NCBI GenBank assembly: GCA_043820815.1
Contig: JBDRDJ010000028.1
Location: 22,307-86,306, forward strand
From: Candidatus Omnitrophota bacterium
GTDB lineage: Bacteria > Omnitrophota > Gorgyraeia > Duberdicusellales > 4484-171
DNA length: 64,000 bases
Reading direction: 5' to 3'
Each line of letters opens with the position of its first letter. Position 1 is the first letter of the stretch. Shown here one piece after another: positions 46,009 through 55,713 of this stretch. A model generated the notes under the pieces. The model saw nothing but the letters and a program-made list of their open reading frames with translations, was not told the origin of the DNA and searched no databases. A program made the position numbers and the translations under genes.

Positions 46009-46227
46009 ATGATAACAGAAATCGGGATAGTGGCAGGAGAAATCTGGAATTTCTTAGATAAAAACGGAGAGGTTACGTTAACCGAGATCATTGACGGTAT
46101 TGACCGTTCCCAGGATATTGTTCTGATGAGCATGGGGTGGCTTGCCCGCGAAGGCCATGTGCGGGTTAATAAACATGAAGGAAATTACAGGGTAAATTTA
46201 AGGACACCAAGCGAGGTAATAACATGA
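46009..46227 (+). CDS. small winged-helix protein
   Basis: 72 aa with a wHTH-like pattern (GEVTLTEIIDGIDRSQDIVLMSMGWLAREGHV). RBS GGGGAGATGG lies upstream. Confidence 0.55.
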   Translation: MITEIGIVAGEIWNFLDKNGEVTLTEIIDGIDRSQDIVLMSMGWLAREGHVRVNKHEGNYRVNLRTPSEVIT

Positions 46228-46583
46228 AGAGAGCAGTAGCTTTATTAGTGGTCATGTCTATCATGGCGGTCATAGCTGTTTTTACTTTAATTGCACTCTA
46301 TGTTATGACTCAGGAAGCGCGCCTTGCCGAGCATAAGATAAAGAGGATGCGGGCTTTTTACGCGGCCCAGGCAGGAATGATTCATGCCCAGGAAAGATTG
46401 CGCCGGGAGAATAATACCGATGTTACTGCCGCCGATATCAGCAGCGCGGATCTTTTAGTCGGCGAAGGCCTTAACATTCGCGGCTACCCTATTCCTGTGA
46501 ACATTACAGTCGGCCCTATTATTGACAATAGTCCCGGAATAGAAAACGCGACACGTGAAATAAATATCACAGTTGACTACTAA
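46224..46583 (+). CDS. minor pseudopilin-like protein (PilX/GspK N-terminal-like)
   Basis: N-terminal hydrophobic helix followed by a RAFYAAQAGM motif, as in PilX_N/GspK-type proteins. ATGA overlap with the upstream gene. Confidence 0.45.
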   Translation: MKRAVALLVVMSIMAVIAVFTLIALYVMTQEARLAEHKIKRMRAFYAAQAGMIHAQERLRRENNTDVTAADISSADLLVGEGLNIRGYPIPVNITVGPIIDNSPGIENATREINITVDY

Positions 46584-46609
46584 AATCTTTTTATAACCTT
46601 CCTAAAAGG

Positions 46610-47548
46610 ATGAAAATGCCCTTCCTGCCCGCAGCACCTTCAAATATGGATATTTCTGATAAAATAAAAGGGATTAAAGAGCGAAAAAGAATAACTGTTT
46701 TTGCCCATAATTACCAAATACCTGAGGTTCAGGAAAGTGCTGATGTGCTTGGTGATTCTCTCGAACTTGCCAAGATTTCTACACAACTTGATGCCAGAAT
46801 TATTGTATTGTGCGGCGTTAAGTTTATGGCTGAGACAGTAAAAATTCTTTCCCCTCAGAAAAAAGTGCTGCTGCCTGTTACCGATGCCGGATGCCCTTTA
46901 GCTGACACTATAACTCCTGATCAGCTCTTAGAGCTTAAAAATAAATACCCTGATGCATGGGTAATAAGTTATGTAAATACTTCTGCCAGCATAAAATCAT
47001 TGAGTGATGTATGCTGCACATCGGCTAACGCGGTAAAGGTTGTTAGGAATGTCCCCGTAAAGCAGGTAATTTTTATCCCTGATAAGAATTTAGGGTGGTG
47101 GGTTAAGAAAAATGTTCCCGAGAAAGATATTATCCTTTGGGACGGCACTTGTTATGTCCATGACAGGTTCAACTTAAAGGAATTGCTTGACGCGAGAAAG
47201 AAATTCAGCGATGCAGAAATTATTGTTCATCCAGAGTGTCCGAGCGAGGTTCTTGAACATGCCGATTTTGTTTGTTCTACTTCCGGGATGCTTAGCAGGG
47301 CAAAAGAATCCCAGGCTAAGAGGTTTATAATAGGCACCGAAGTTGGGCTCATCCATAGATTGAAGAAGCAGAATCCCCGCAAAGAGTTTTATTCTCTGGG
47401 TTCTGTCAAGGTCTGCAGTAATATGAAGAAGATTACCCTGAATGAACTCTGCTTTTCGCTGGAAAATGAAGTTAATTCTGTTGAAATAAGCCAGGATGTC
47501 CGTAAAAACGCATTAAAAGCCCTTGAGGCAATGATGAAATACGTATAG
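46610..47548 (+). CDS. nadA: quinolinate synthase
   Basis: Conserved NadA blocks (VFAHNYQIPEVQ, GVKFMAETVKIL, HPECP) with three Fe-S cysteine contexts. Confidence 0.9.
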   Translation: MKMPFLPAAPSNMDISDKIKGIKERKRITVFAHNYQIPEVQESADVLGDSLELAKISTQLDARIIVLCGVKFMAETVKILSPQKKVLLPVTDAGCPLADTITPDQLLELKNKYPDAWVISYVNTSASIKSLSDVCCTSANAVKVVRNVPVKQVIFIPDKNLGWWVKKNVPEKDIILWDGTCYVHDRFNLKELLDARKKFSDAEIIVHPECPSEVLEHADFVCSTSGMLSRAKESQAKRFIIGTEVGLIHRLKKQNPRKEFYSLGSVKVCSNMKKITLNELCFSLENEVNSVEISQDVRKNALKALEAMMKYV

Positions 47549-47555
47549 AGCTTAA

Positions 47556-48614
47556 ATGAAGCGTAAAGTTGCTGTTGGTTTAAGCGGCGGCATTGATTCC
47601 AGCGTTGCCGCTTTTTTTTTAAAAGAACAGGGTTACGAAGTAACCGCTTTTACTTTGAAATTTTACCCCCAGGAAAACCGTTGCTGCGATTCCGAAAGCA
47701 TATATCAAGCTCAGCGGTTGTGCCACAAATTAAACATCCCTCATTACATAATACCCGCCGAGAATCTATTCAAAAATAAAATTGTCCAGTATTTTATTGA
47801 GAGCTATCTTAAGGGGTTGACGCCTAATCCTTGCACAATGTGCAACCGCTTTATTAAATTCGGATTTATGCATGATGAGATAAATAATTTAAACGTTGAT
47901 TATCTCGCAACCGGACATTACGCAAGAATTATTAAAAAAGGGGATAATTTCTTTATCGCTAAAGCTAAGGATGCCGTTAAATCGCAAGATTATTTTCTCT
48001 CTTTAGTCGAGCCGCCGGTGCTTAAATGCCTTGTATTTCCGCTGGCAGAATTTACCAAAGCGGAAGTTAAAAGTTTTGCGGGAAAAAATAAAATTATTTT
48101 CCACAAAAGAAAAGAGAGCCAGGATATATGCTTTGTAGAAGACATGCCATATCCGGCTTTCATCAAAGGTTTTATCAAGGAAAAAGCAAAGTATCTTGGG
48201 CAGATAAAGCATATCCGGGGAGCTGTGCTCGGCGAGCATAAAGGTATTTACAATTTTACTTATGGGCAAAGGCACGGGCTCGGTGTTTCCTGGAAAGAGC
48301 CATTGTATGTTGTTGATATTGACAGTATAACCAATACGGTTTTTGCCGGTGAAAGGAAATATTTAAAGAGAAAGTTTTTTTATGTGAGCCTTATCAATTT
48401 GTTCAGCTCTTTAAAGGATAGAAAACATCTTAAGGTTCAGATTCGCTATAATTCACCTTTATTTGATTGCAGCATTAAACAGCAGGGTGATTTCTGTAAG
48501 GTTATACTGGACAATGAAATCGAAGGGGTTGCGCCGGGTCAAGTTGCTGCGTTTTATCATGACGATATGATTTTGGCCGCCGGCATAATAGAGAAGTCAG
48601 ATATCAGAAAATAA
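47556..48614 (+). CDS. mnmA: tRNA 2-thiouridine(34) synthase
   Basis: PP-loop VAVGLSGGIDSSVAA, catalytic NPCTMCN, and ATGHYA blocks. Confidence 0.9.
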   Translation: MKRKVAVGLSGGIDSSVAAFFLKEQGYEVTAFTLKFYPQENRCCDSESIYQAQRLCHKLNIPHYIIPAENLFKNKIVQYFIESYLKGLTPNPCTMCNRFIKFGFMHDEINNLNVDYLATGHYARIIKKGDNFFIAKAKDAVKSQDYFLSLVEPPVLKCLVFPLAEFTKAEVKSFAGKNKIIFHKRKESQDICFVEDMPYPAFIKGFIKEKAKYLGQIKHIRGAVLGEHKGIYNFTYGQRHGLGVSWKEPLYVVDIDSITNTVFAGERKYLKRKFFYVSLINLFSSLKDRKHLKVQIRYNSPLFDCSIKQQGDFCKVILDNEIEGVAPGQVAAFYHDDMILAAGIIEKSDIRK

Positions 48615-48666
48615 ATGGCGTTGTAGTGGCCGGGCCTGCCCGGCCCTTTACAGCCAGAGGTCAGAG

Positions 48667-49686
48667 ATGAAGAAGAGCATTGATTTATCGAATATACCCG
48701 AAGAAGAATTGCTTGAGCTAAGAATATGTGATTTACCTATAAAAATATCAGGCTCTTGGCTTGAGGCTTGTATTGATGAGCTATATAAAGAACTTGATTC
48801 TAAAGGAATTTTATTTAAGCCTTTTTGCTATCTTGCAGATGAGTGGTTGTCTCCTGATAACGAGCCCATAATCGGGCTGCCCTTTTATTTAGCCCACCCG
48901 GCGCTGGTGAAACTTGAAAAAAAGTTTATGCTAGATGTCGAAGGCTCAACTAAGCCCTGGTGTATGAAGCTCCTTAGGCATGAAGCAGGCCATGCCATAA
49001 ATTACGCTTATAAACTGTACAAACGCAGGAAATGGAAAGAAGTTTTTGGAAGTTTTCAAGAGGAGTATGCCGAAACCTATAGATTCCGCCCTTACAGCAG
49101 AAGTTTTGTCAAGCACTTAGAGGATTATTATGCACAGTATCATCCCGATGAAGATTTTGCTGAAACATTCGCCGTATGGCTTGCTCCAAATTTTGACTGG
49201 GAGATTCAATACCGGGGTTGGAAAGCTTTGAGCAAACTTCGCTATGTCGATTCTTTAATGCGGGAAATAAGCAGTAAAGAACCTCTTCTCAAGAGAGGCA
49301 AAAAATACTGGCAGGCTTCCCGTATGAAAATAACTTTGATGAACTTTTATAAAAAGAAAAGGCGCGACTACAGAGAAGATTTTCCTGACTTTCACGACAT
49401 TAACTTAAAGAAAATATTTCAGGCCCAACCGCATAACAGTAAAAACCAGAAAGCCAGCGAGATATTGAAGCGTTATAGAAAGGAGATTTTAAGCAGTGTG
49501 TCGGCCTGGACCGGAGAAAAAAAATATATAATTGACGATTTAATGCGCAAGCTTATTTGCAGGTGCCGTGGTTTGCGCCTGGAAACCGATGACAATGAAC
49601 CTGTGACTGTGCTTAAGATTTCCGCCTATATTACAACCTTAGTTATGAATTATTTGCATACAGGGTGGTTCGGAGGAGACAGGTGA
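48667..49686 (+). CDS. putative zinc metallopeptidase-like protein (HExxH)
   Basis: An HEAGH motif with a downstream acidic region (HPDEDFAETFA). The gene overlaps the ATP-grasp gene by 22 nt. Confidence 0.6.
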   Translation: MKKSIDLSNIPEEELLELRICDLPIKISGSWLEACIDELYKELDSKGILFKPFCYLADEWLSPDNEPIIGLPFYLAHPALVKLEKKFMLDVEGSTKPWCMKLLRHEAGHAINYAYKLYKRRKWKEVFGSFQEEYAETYRFRPYSRSFVKHLEDYYAQYHPDEDFAETFAVWLAPNFDWEIQYRGWKALSKLRYVDSLMREISSKEPLLKRGKKYWQASRMKITLMNFYKKKRRDYREDFPDFHDINLKKIFQAQPHNSKNQKASEILKRYRKEILSSVSAWTGEKKYIIDDLMRKLICRCRGLRLETDDNEPVTVLKISAYITTLVMNYLHTGWFGGDR

Positions 49687-50699
49687 AAAAGAAATTAAAA
49701 GTTTTATTTGTTTTTGACTGTCCTTTCCACGCGGCGCGCGGTTATGATTTTAAAGAAGAATTTAAAGATTTAGACTGGGCTGCCGAAGATGAGGTCAGCA
49801 AGGCTCTTAAGGCCAACGGCCATCAAGTAATCCTGCTCGGCTTATTTAAAGATATTCGTATTCTTCTTGACGAGATCAATGAGAGTAAGCCGGATGTAGC
49901 ATTCAATCTTACCGAAGTTTTTAAACAGCGTTCTCAGCTTGATAAAAATATCGCCTGGCTTCTTGAAATACTCGGTGTTACTTACACGGGGGCTTCTCCG
50001 GGGAACCTTTTAATCTGTAACAATAAAGCTCTTACTAAGAAAATACTTACTTATCACCGTATAAAGACCCCCCGTTTTTATACATTTTACCGCGATCACA
50101 AAGTATGGCTGCCTAAGAGGATAAAGCTTCCGGTGGTTGTTAAGCCTTTAACCGAAGAGGCTTCGCGGGGGATTTCTCAGTCTTCGGTTGTTGATAGCGA
50201 AACAGCGTTTATCGAGCGTGTGCGCTTTATTCATGAAAACATGAAGTTAGATGCTATAGCCGAAGAATATATTGAAGGCAGGGAGTTTTATGTAAGTTTG
50301 CTCGGCAATAAAAGAATTAAGGCGTTTCCGATTCGAGAGATGAAATTCGGTCAATTCTCCGAAGATGAGCCAAGGATTGCTACTTATAAAGCAAAGTGGG
50401 ATTATGATTACCGCCAAAAGTGGGGGATTAAGAATGTATTTGTGGGCAGATTGGCCGAGGGGCTTGAGAAAAAGATATCGGAAACGTGCAAGCGTGCTTA
50501 CCGTGCTTTAGACATTAAGTGTTATGCGAGGTTTGACATACGTGTCACTAAAGATAATGCCGTATATATAATTGAAGCGAATGCTAACCCTAATCTTGAT
50601 AAGTATGACGAGCTTGCTCAGTCTGCCGAGAAAGCTCAAATGCCCTACCCTAAGCTGATCCAGAAAATAATACGCCTTGCCTTTCAAAGAAAAGAGTGA
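49665..50699 (+). CDS. ATP-grasp enzyme (D-Ala-D-Ala ligase superfamily)
   Basis: LPVVVKPLTEEASRGI, EEYIEGREFYVSLLG and IIEANANPNL blocks are typical of ATP-grasp ligases. Confidence 0.8.
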   Translation: MVRRRQVKKKLKVLFVFDCPFHAARGYDFKEEFKDLDWAAEDEVSKALKANGHQVILLGLFKDIRILLDEINESKPDVAFNLTEVFKQRSQLDKNIAWLLEILGVTYTGASPGNLLICNNKALTKKILTYHRIKTPRFYTFYRDHKVWLPKRIKLPVVVKPLTEEASRGISQSSVVDSETAFIERVRFIHENMKLDAIAEEYIEGREFYVSLLGNKRIKAFPIREMKFGQFSEDEPRIATYKAKWDYDYRQKWGIKNVFVGRLAEGLEKKISETCKRAYRALDIKCYARFDIRVTKDNAVYIIEANANPNLDKYDELAQSAEKAQMPYPKLIQKIIRLAFQRKE

Positions 50700-50839
50700 T
50701 ACTGCTTATAGAGATATTTTTTCGGTAGAATAATTACCGTGGCAGTGTTTTAAAAAGCTTGCAGTCGGCTAAAACCATAGTAAAATAAATAACTAAGGAA
50801 ATAATCATTTTGTTTGTTAAGAAATACGAGGAGGTAATA

Positions 50840-51451
50840 ATGGAAGAGGTATTGGATCTTCTTAAGGAGGTAGGGAGTATCGCTTCATGCCATGGCGGGA
50901 TTGCTTTGTCGGAAATTTTAGGTAAAAAAATTAAGTTATCCGTTCCGGCTATAGATCTTATTCCCTCGCGCCAGAGGCCGGAAAGTATTAATGTAAAACA
51001 AACAGGATTAGCAGTATTTTGTAAGATTTTAGTAGGCCTTGAAGGAGAAGTTGCCTTTATTCTTGATGAGGCCAATGCGTATAAGCTTATAACTTCTTCT
51101 TATAAAATGAAGAATGAATCATCAAGTATAGGCGTTATTACTGAAATGGGGCTTTCAATAATAAAAGAGGTTGGGAATGTCGTTATCGGGTCATATCTTA
51201 ATGCGCTCAGCCTTATGTTAAAGCGCATGATTATCCCGCCGATGCCTACCCTTATCAGCGGTTCGATAGATGATATTCTTGATATTGTTTTTTCTCCGTA
51301 CGGACAGGATGATCCCAGCTATCTTATAGAGGCTGTTTTCCAAGAATTGGGAAGCGGTTTAAAGGGAAGTTTTTTTCTTGTTTTAACTCCTTATGCAGCC
51401 AAAGATATCGAAGAATCATGCAGGAAGACGCTGGAGGATTTAAGAAAATAG
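50840..51451 (+). CDS. CheC/CheX-family phosphatase-like protein
   Basis: Two CheC-type repeats (LLKEVGSIASCHGGIALSEIL and IIKEVGNVVIGSYLNALSLML). ATG 50840 has GAGGAGG upstream. Confidence 0.7.
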   Translation: MEEVLDLLKEVGSIASCHGGIALSEILGKKIKLSVPAIDLIPSRQRPESINVKQTGLAVFCKILVGLEGEVAFILDEANAYKLITSSYKMKNESSSIGVITEMGLSIIKEVGNVVIGSYLNALSLMLKRMIIPPMPTLISGSIDDILDIVFSPYGQDDPSYLIEAVFQELGSGLKGSFFLVLTPYAAKDIEESCRKTLEDLRK

Positions 51452-51570
51452 TGCCCATACGGTTTCACGCCTTAAGCTTTAACAAAACCAAAGGTTAAAG
51501 ACAGAAAATCGATAGATTAGCTATCTTTTGTTTCTTGTTTTTCAATTTTTGGTTTTTAATTTTCCGTTAC

Positions 51571-52200
51571 ATGAATGACCTGCGTTTATTTGAATCAATA
51601 CCAATACCGGCTGTTGAAGAACGTATTTTTAAGAGATTAGGTTACGTAAAGAAGACAGCTGATACCGCAGATAATATTATAAGCATTGTTAAGAAACATA
51701 TCGAAGAAACAAAATTGTTTATAAGCCCGAAAGGGTGTGTTAAACGGATGCAGTTTACTGTAAGCGGCGGCGATACAATAATTATTCCTTCAGGAGTTTC
51801 GATAAAAAGCAGGAGCATTTTTAATTTTTTAGAAAGTTCTCGCGAAATTATTTTCATGGGTGCTACTTCAGGGGCAGAGATTTCAACAGCTATTGAAAGG
51901 GATTGTAGAGAAGAAAATGTTACTCGGGCCGCTGTTTATGATGCTTGCGGCAGTGAAATAGTAGATGCTTGTTTAGACTGGATTATAGGTTATATCGGTA
52001 AAGAGATTTCCAGGGAAAGGTGTTTTCTAACCAGAAGGTTTTCTGCAGGATATGGAGATTTTTCACTTTCTAACCAGAAGATTATATATGATGAACTTGA
52101 ATTCGGGAAATTAGGTGTTAGGTTAACCGATAGTTTTATGTTAGTGCCTGAGAAATCGGTACTGGCTCTGGCTGGTATATATGAGGAGCCGGACATATAA
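51571..52200 (+). CDS. stand-alone methionine synthase reactivation (AdoMet-binding) domain protein
   Basis: RRFSAGYGDFSLSNQ ... LTDSFMLVPEKSV matches the MetH activation-domain signature. The stop abuts the metH start. Confidence 0.75.
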   Translation: MNDLRLFESIPIPAVEERIFKRLGYVKKTADTADNIISIVKKHIEETKLFISPKGCVKRMQFTVSGGDTIIIPSGVSIKSRSIFNFLESSREIIFMGATSGAEISTAIERDCREENVTRAAVYDACGSEIVDACLDWIIGYIGKEISRERCFLTRRFSAGYGDFSLSNQKIIYDELEFGKLGVRLTDSFMLVPEKSVLALAGIYEEPDI

Positions 52201-54603
52201 GTGATGAAGCCAAAATCAATACAGAACATTCTGAAATACAGGCCGGTTGTGCTTGACGGTGCAACAGGAACAGAGTTGTATAAAAGAGGCATGCCTTGCG
52301 GGATTTGTCCTGAAATTTGGGCACTTGATAACTACAGTATTGTTTCATCCTTGCAGCGTGAATATGCCGATTTAGGGGCGGATGTTGTATTTGCACCGAC
52401 TTTCGGCGCTAACCGCATTAAGCTGAAGAATTACAAATTAGATAAAGTAGAAGAGATAAACAAGAATTGTGCATTGCTTTCGCGCAAAGCTGTAGGGAAA
52501 AATACCCTTGTTGGGGGTGATATCGGCCCAACAGGTAAATTTATCGAACCTTTCGGCAGCCTCTCTTTTGACGAGGCTGTCGATATTTTTAAGGAACAGG
52601 CCCGCGGCCTGCTAAAAGGCGGAGTCGACTTTTTTATTATCGAAACCATGATTGATATACAGGAGGCGCGTGCAGCGTTACTGGCGGTAAAAGAGCTGAC
52701 AGATAAATTTGTCATGGTAAGCATGACGTTTGAGGCTGACGGCCGTACATTAAACGGAAATTGCCCTGAAGCAGCGGTTGTTACCCTTCAAGGGCTAGGT
52801 GCAAACGCAGTAGGGTGTAATTGCTCTGTGGGCCCGCAAGCCATGGTTTCGATTATTAAGAGGATGAAACCTTATTCAAAAGTCCCTCTGCTGGCAAAGC
52901 CTAATGCCGGCATGCCAAAAGTAATGAAATCTAAAACAGTTTTCCCTATGGGGGCCAAAGAATTTGCATCATTCGCAGCGCCCATTGTATCATCGGGAGC
53001 CGGCTTAATCGGAGGCTGCTGCGGAACTACCCCCCGGCATATCTCTCTGCTAAAAAGGGCGGTTTCCCGCAAGAAGCCAAAAAAAGTTTTTCCTGAATTC
53101 TTAAGCGTGTTAAGCTCAGCAAGCAGCTTTTTACCTTTAGACCGTTCAGCTGCCTTAGGCATTGTAGGCGAATGCATTAACCCAACGGGTAAGCCCCGCC
53201 TTAGGAAAGAGCTTTCTAAAAGGAATTTTTCTTATGTCCGGGAAATTGCTGTTGAGCAAGAGAAAAATAACGCATGCCTGCTTGATGTTAATGTGGCTTC
53301 CGCCGCAGGGGATGAGGAATCGTTACTTTGCGAAGCTGTTAAGAGTATAGCGCAAATAACCGGACTGCCTCTTGTCATTGATTCTTCTAACATAAGTGCG
53401 GTTGAGAATGCTTTAAGGGTTTATCCGGGCAGGGCCTTAATTAATTCTATCCCCTGGCAAAAAGGAAAAACCGATAAATTACTTAAAATTGCCGCTAAGT
53501 ACGGAGCAATGTTTATTGTGCTTCCCATTGATCACAAAAACGTTCCCTTAACCAGCACCCAACGTCAAGAAGTAGCCCGGAAAATACTCGCTAAAGCAAA
53601 AGATTACGGATTAAATAAAGAGGACGCAGTTGTTGATGCTTTGGTGATGGCTCTTTCAACCAGCCATGATTCGGCAAAAGAAACATTGAGTATGATTGAA
53701 TGGTGTTCCCGCAAGCTGGGTATGTTGACAATAATCGGGCTTTCGAATGTTTCTTTTGGTTTGCCCGGGCGGCAGTGGTTGAATGCGGCTTTTATGGCAG
53801 CAGCTTACTCAAGGGGTTTAAGGCTTGCTATAGCTGACCCTTCTCAGTACGAGGTTACAGCCATAAAAACAGCATTAAATGCAGCGTATGGGTTAGACCC
53901 GGATGCTAAAGAATATATTGATTTTTTTAGAAAAAGTTCCTTAGATAAAGGCGCGGCTTCAGCGAATAAAGATGCAAAGCAAGGTTTATTCGATGCTATT
54001 TTGCATGGAGACCGCCAAAGGGTTAATTATTTTATAGATAAAGCCATAGCCCAAAATCATTCTCCCTCGGATCTTGTAAGCAATACGATGATACCTGCCA
54101 TTAAGAGGGTAGGCGAGCTGTATGAGCAGAGATCATATTTTCTTCCTCAGCTAATCGCAAGCGCAGAAACCACCAAAAGAGCCTTTTTGCATTTAAAGCC
54201 GCTTCTTTCAAAAAAAGAGAGAGATAAAGATCATTTTATCTGCCTCATGGCGACTGTTGAGGGGGATGTCCATGATATCGGTAAGAATATAGTTGGGTTG
54301 ATTCTTGGCAACCACGGTTTCAAAATAGTTGATATGGGTAAAGATGTAAGTGCTAATAAGATTGTCAGTGAAGCTAAGCGCCTGGGCGCTCATTTGGTCG
54401 GCCTTTCTGCGCTTATGACTACAACTATGCTTAAGATGAATGACGTCGTTAAGCTTGCCAAGAAAGAAGGCCTTAAATGTAAATTTATCGTAGGAGGAGC
54501 CGCGGTTAGTTCTCATTACGCTGATTCAATTGGTGCAGAATACGCAAAAGATGCAATTGAGGCGGTTAAGGTTGCAAAGAGGATGATTGGGAAGAAGGGC
54601 TAA
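52201..54603 (+). CDS. metH: cobalamin-dependent methionine synthase (Hcy, pterin and B12 modules; no activation module)
   Basis: Homocysteine S-methyltransferase N-terminus (VLDGATGTEL, GGCCGTTP), pterin-binding module (GLSNVSFGLPGR), and the B12 motif DVHDIGKN with GLSALMTTT. Confidence 0.9.
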   Translation: MMKPKSIQNILKYRPVVLDGATGTELYKRGMPCGICPEIWALDNYSIVSSLQREYADLGADVVFAPTFGANRIKLKNYKLDKVEEINKNCALLSRKAVGKNTLVGGDIGPTGKFIEPFGSLSFDEAVDIFKEQARGLLKGGVDFFIIETMIDIQEARAALLAVKELTDKFVMVSMTFEADGRTLNGNCPEAAVVTLQGLGANAVGCNCSVGPQAMVSIIKRMKPYSKVPLLAKPNAGMPKVMKSKTVFPMGAKEFASFAAPIVSSGAGLIGGCCGTTPRHISLLKRAVSRKKPKKVFPEFLSVLSSASSFLPLDRSAALGIVGECINPTGKPRLRKELSKRNFSYVREIAVEQEKNNACLLDVNVASAAGDEESLLCEAVKSIAQITGLPLVIDSSNISAVENALRVYPGRALINSIPWQKGKTDKLLKIAAKYGAMFIVLPIDHKNVPLTSTQRQEVARKILAKAKDYGLNKEDAVVDALVMALSTSHDSAKETLSMIEWCSRKLGMLTIIGLSNVSFGLPGRQWLNAAFMAAAYSRGLRLAIADPSQYEVTAIKTALNAAYGLDPDAKEYIDFFRKSSLDKGAASANKDAKQGLFDAILHGDRQRVNYFIDKAIAQNHSPSDLVSNTMIPAIKRVGELYEQRSYFLPQLIASAETTKRAFLHLKPLLSKKERDKDHFICLMATVEGDVHDIGKNIVGLILGNHGFKIVDMGKDVSANKIVSEAKRLGAHLVGLSALMTTTMLKMNDVVKLAKKEGLKCKFIVGGAAVSSHYADSIGAEYAKDAIEAVKVAKRMIGKKG

Positions 54604-54761
54604 CATAGGCATTACCAAGGTTAATTTTCGGGTATTGATTATTCAGTTTGAAAAGTAGGGTTTTAAGATCTCTCGCTTCGCTCGAGATCAATTCGGACAT
54701 ATGACTTATGTTTGCTCGCTTCGCTCGCTCCATAAGTCAGTCCTCATGGAGGTAATCCAAA

Positions 54762-55712
54762 ATGTTTAGGGAGAAGATTAAGGTTTTTGATTGCACAATT
54801 AGAGACGGAGGCCTTATAAATAACCATGATTTTGACGACCGGTTTGTCAGGGAGGCTTATAAAGCGCTCTCTGCATCGGGAGTTGATTACATGGAAATTG
54901 GCTATAAGAATTCAAAAAAGTTATTTTCGGAAAAAGAATACGGTAAATGGAAATTTTGCGATGATGATGTTATCAAAAGGATTATCGACGGCATTGAATC
55001 CAAAACGAAAATATCCGTCATGGTTGACGTGGGGCGGGTTGATTTAGATGAAGTTAAGCCGGCCCAGCAGAGCCCCGTTGATATGATACGCGTTGCTTCA
55101 TATGTAAAAGATATCGATAAGGCTATTTATATGGTTAACGACTTTGCCGATAAAGGATATGAGACCACAGTCAATATTATGGCAATTACCAGAGCTTTAG
55201 ACAACGAATTAACAGAAGCCCTTACGCAGCTTGAAGAGGAAAGTAAAGCTAATGTTATTTATGTGGTTGACAGCTTTGGTGCACTTTACCAGGAGACAAC
55301 GGAATTCCTGGTTAAGAAATTTAAAAGTATTTTAAAAACCAAAGAAGTAGGTATCCATGCCCACAACCATCAGCAGCTTGCTTTCTGTAATACCATCGAG
55401 GCTATAATTCATGGTGTTAATTATGTTGACGGGACCGTTTATGGCATAGGCAGAGCTGCGGGAAACTGCCCCCTTGAGCTTCTAATTGGATTTTTAAAAA
55501 ACCCCAAATTTGACATACGGCCTATACTTGATTTGATATCAAATGAGTTTATCCCTCTTAGAAATAAAATCGAATGGGGCTATATTATCCCTTACGCAAT
55601 AAGCGGCATGTTTAATGAACATCCAAGAGCCGCAATAGCCTTAAGAAGCAGCGACAAAAAAGAGAATTACAGGGAGTTTTACGAATCTTTAACCGGCACA
55701 GATATGGATTAA
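54762..55712 (+). CDS. HMGL-like (DRE-TIM metallolyase) aldolase/carboxyltransferase-family protein
   Basis: FDCTIRDGG N-terminal motif and the HAHN metal-binding motif. 316 aa. Confidence 0.7.
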   Translation: MFREKIKVFDCTIRDGGLINNHDFDDRFVREAYKALSASGVDYMEIGYKNSKKLFSEKEYGKWKFCDDDVIKRIIDGIESKTKISVMVDVGRVDLDEVKPAQQSPVDMIRVASYVKDIDKAIYMVNDFADKGYETTVNIMAITRALDNELTEALTQLEEESKANVIYVVDSFGALYQETTEFLVKKFKSILKTKEVGIHAHNHQQLAFCNTIEAIIHGVNYVDGTVYGIGRAAGNCPLELLIGFLKNPKFDIRPILDLISNEFIPLRNKIEWGYIIPYAISGMFNEHPRAAIALRSSDKKENYREFYESLTGTDMD

Positions 55713-55713
55713 C

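Noticed and set aside
51452-51570. A possible cobalamin or SAM riboswitch upstream of the split metH genes.
   Set aside because: The gap is only 119 nt, AT-rich, with no B12-box-like or SAM-I-like conserved segments that I could recognise.
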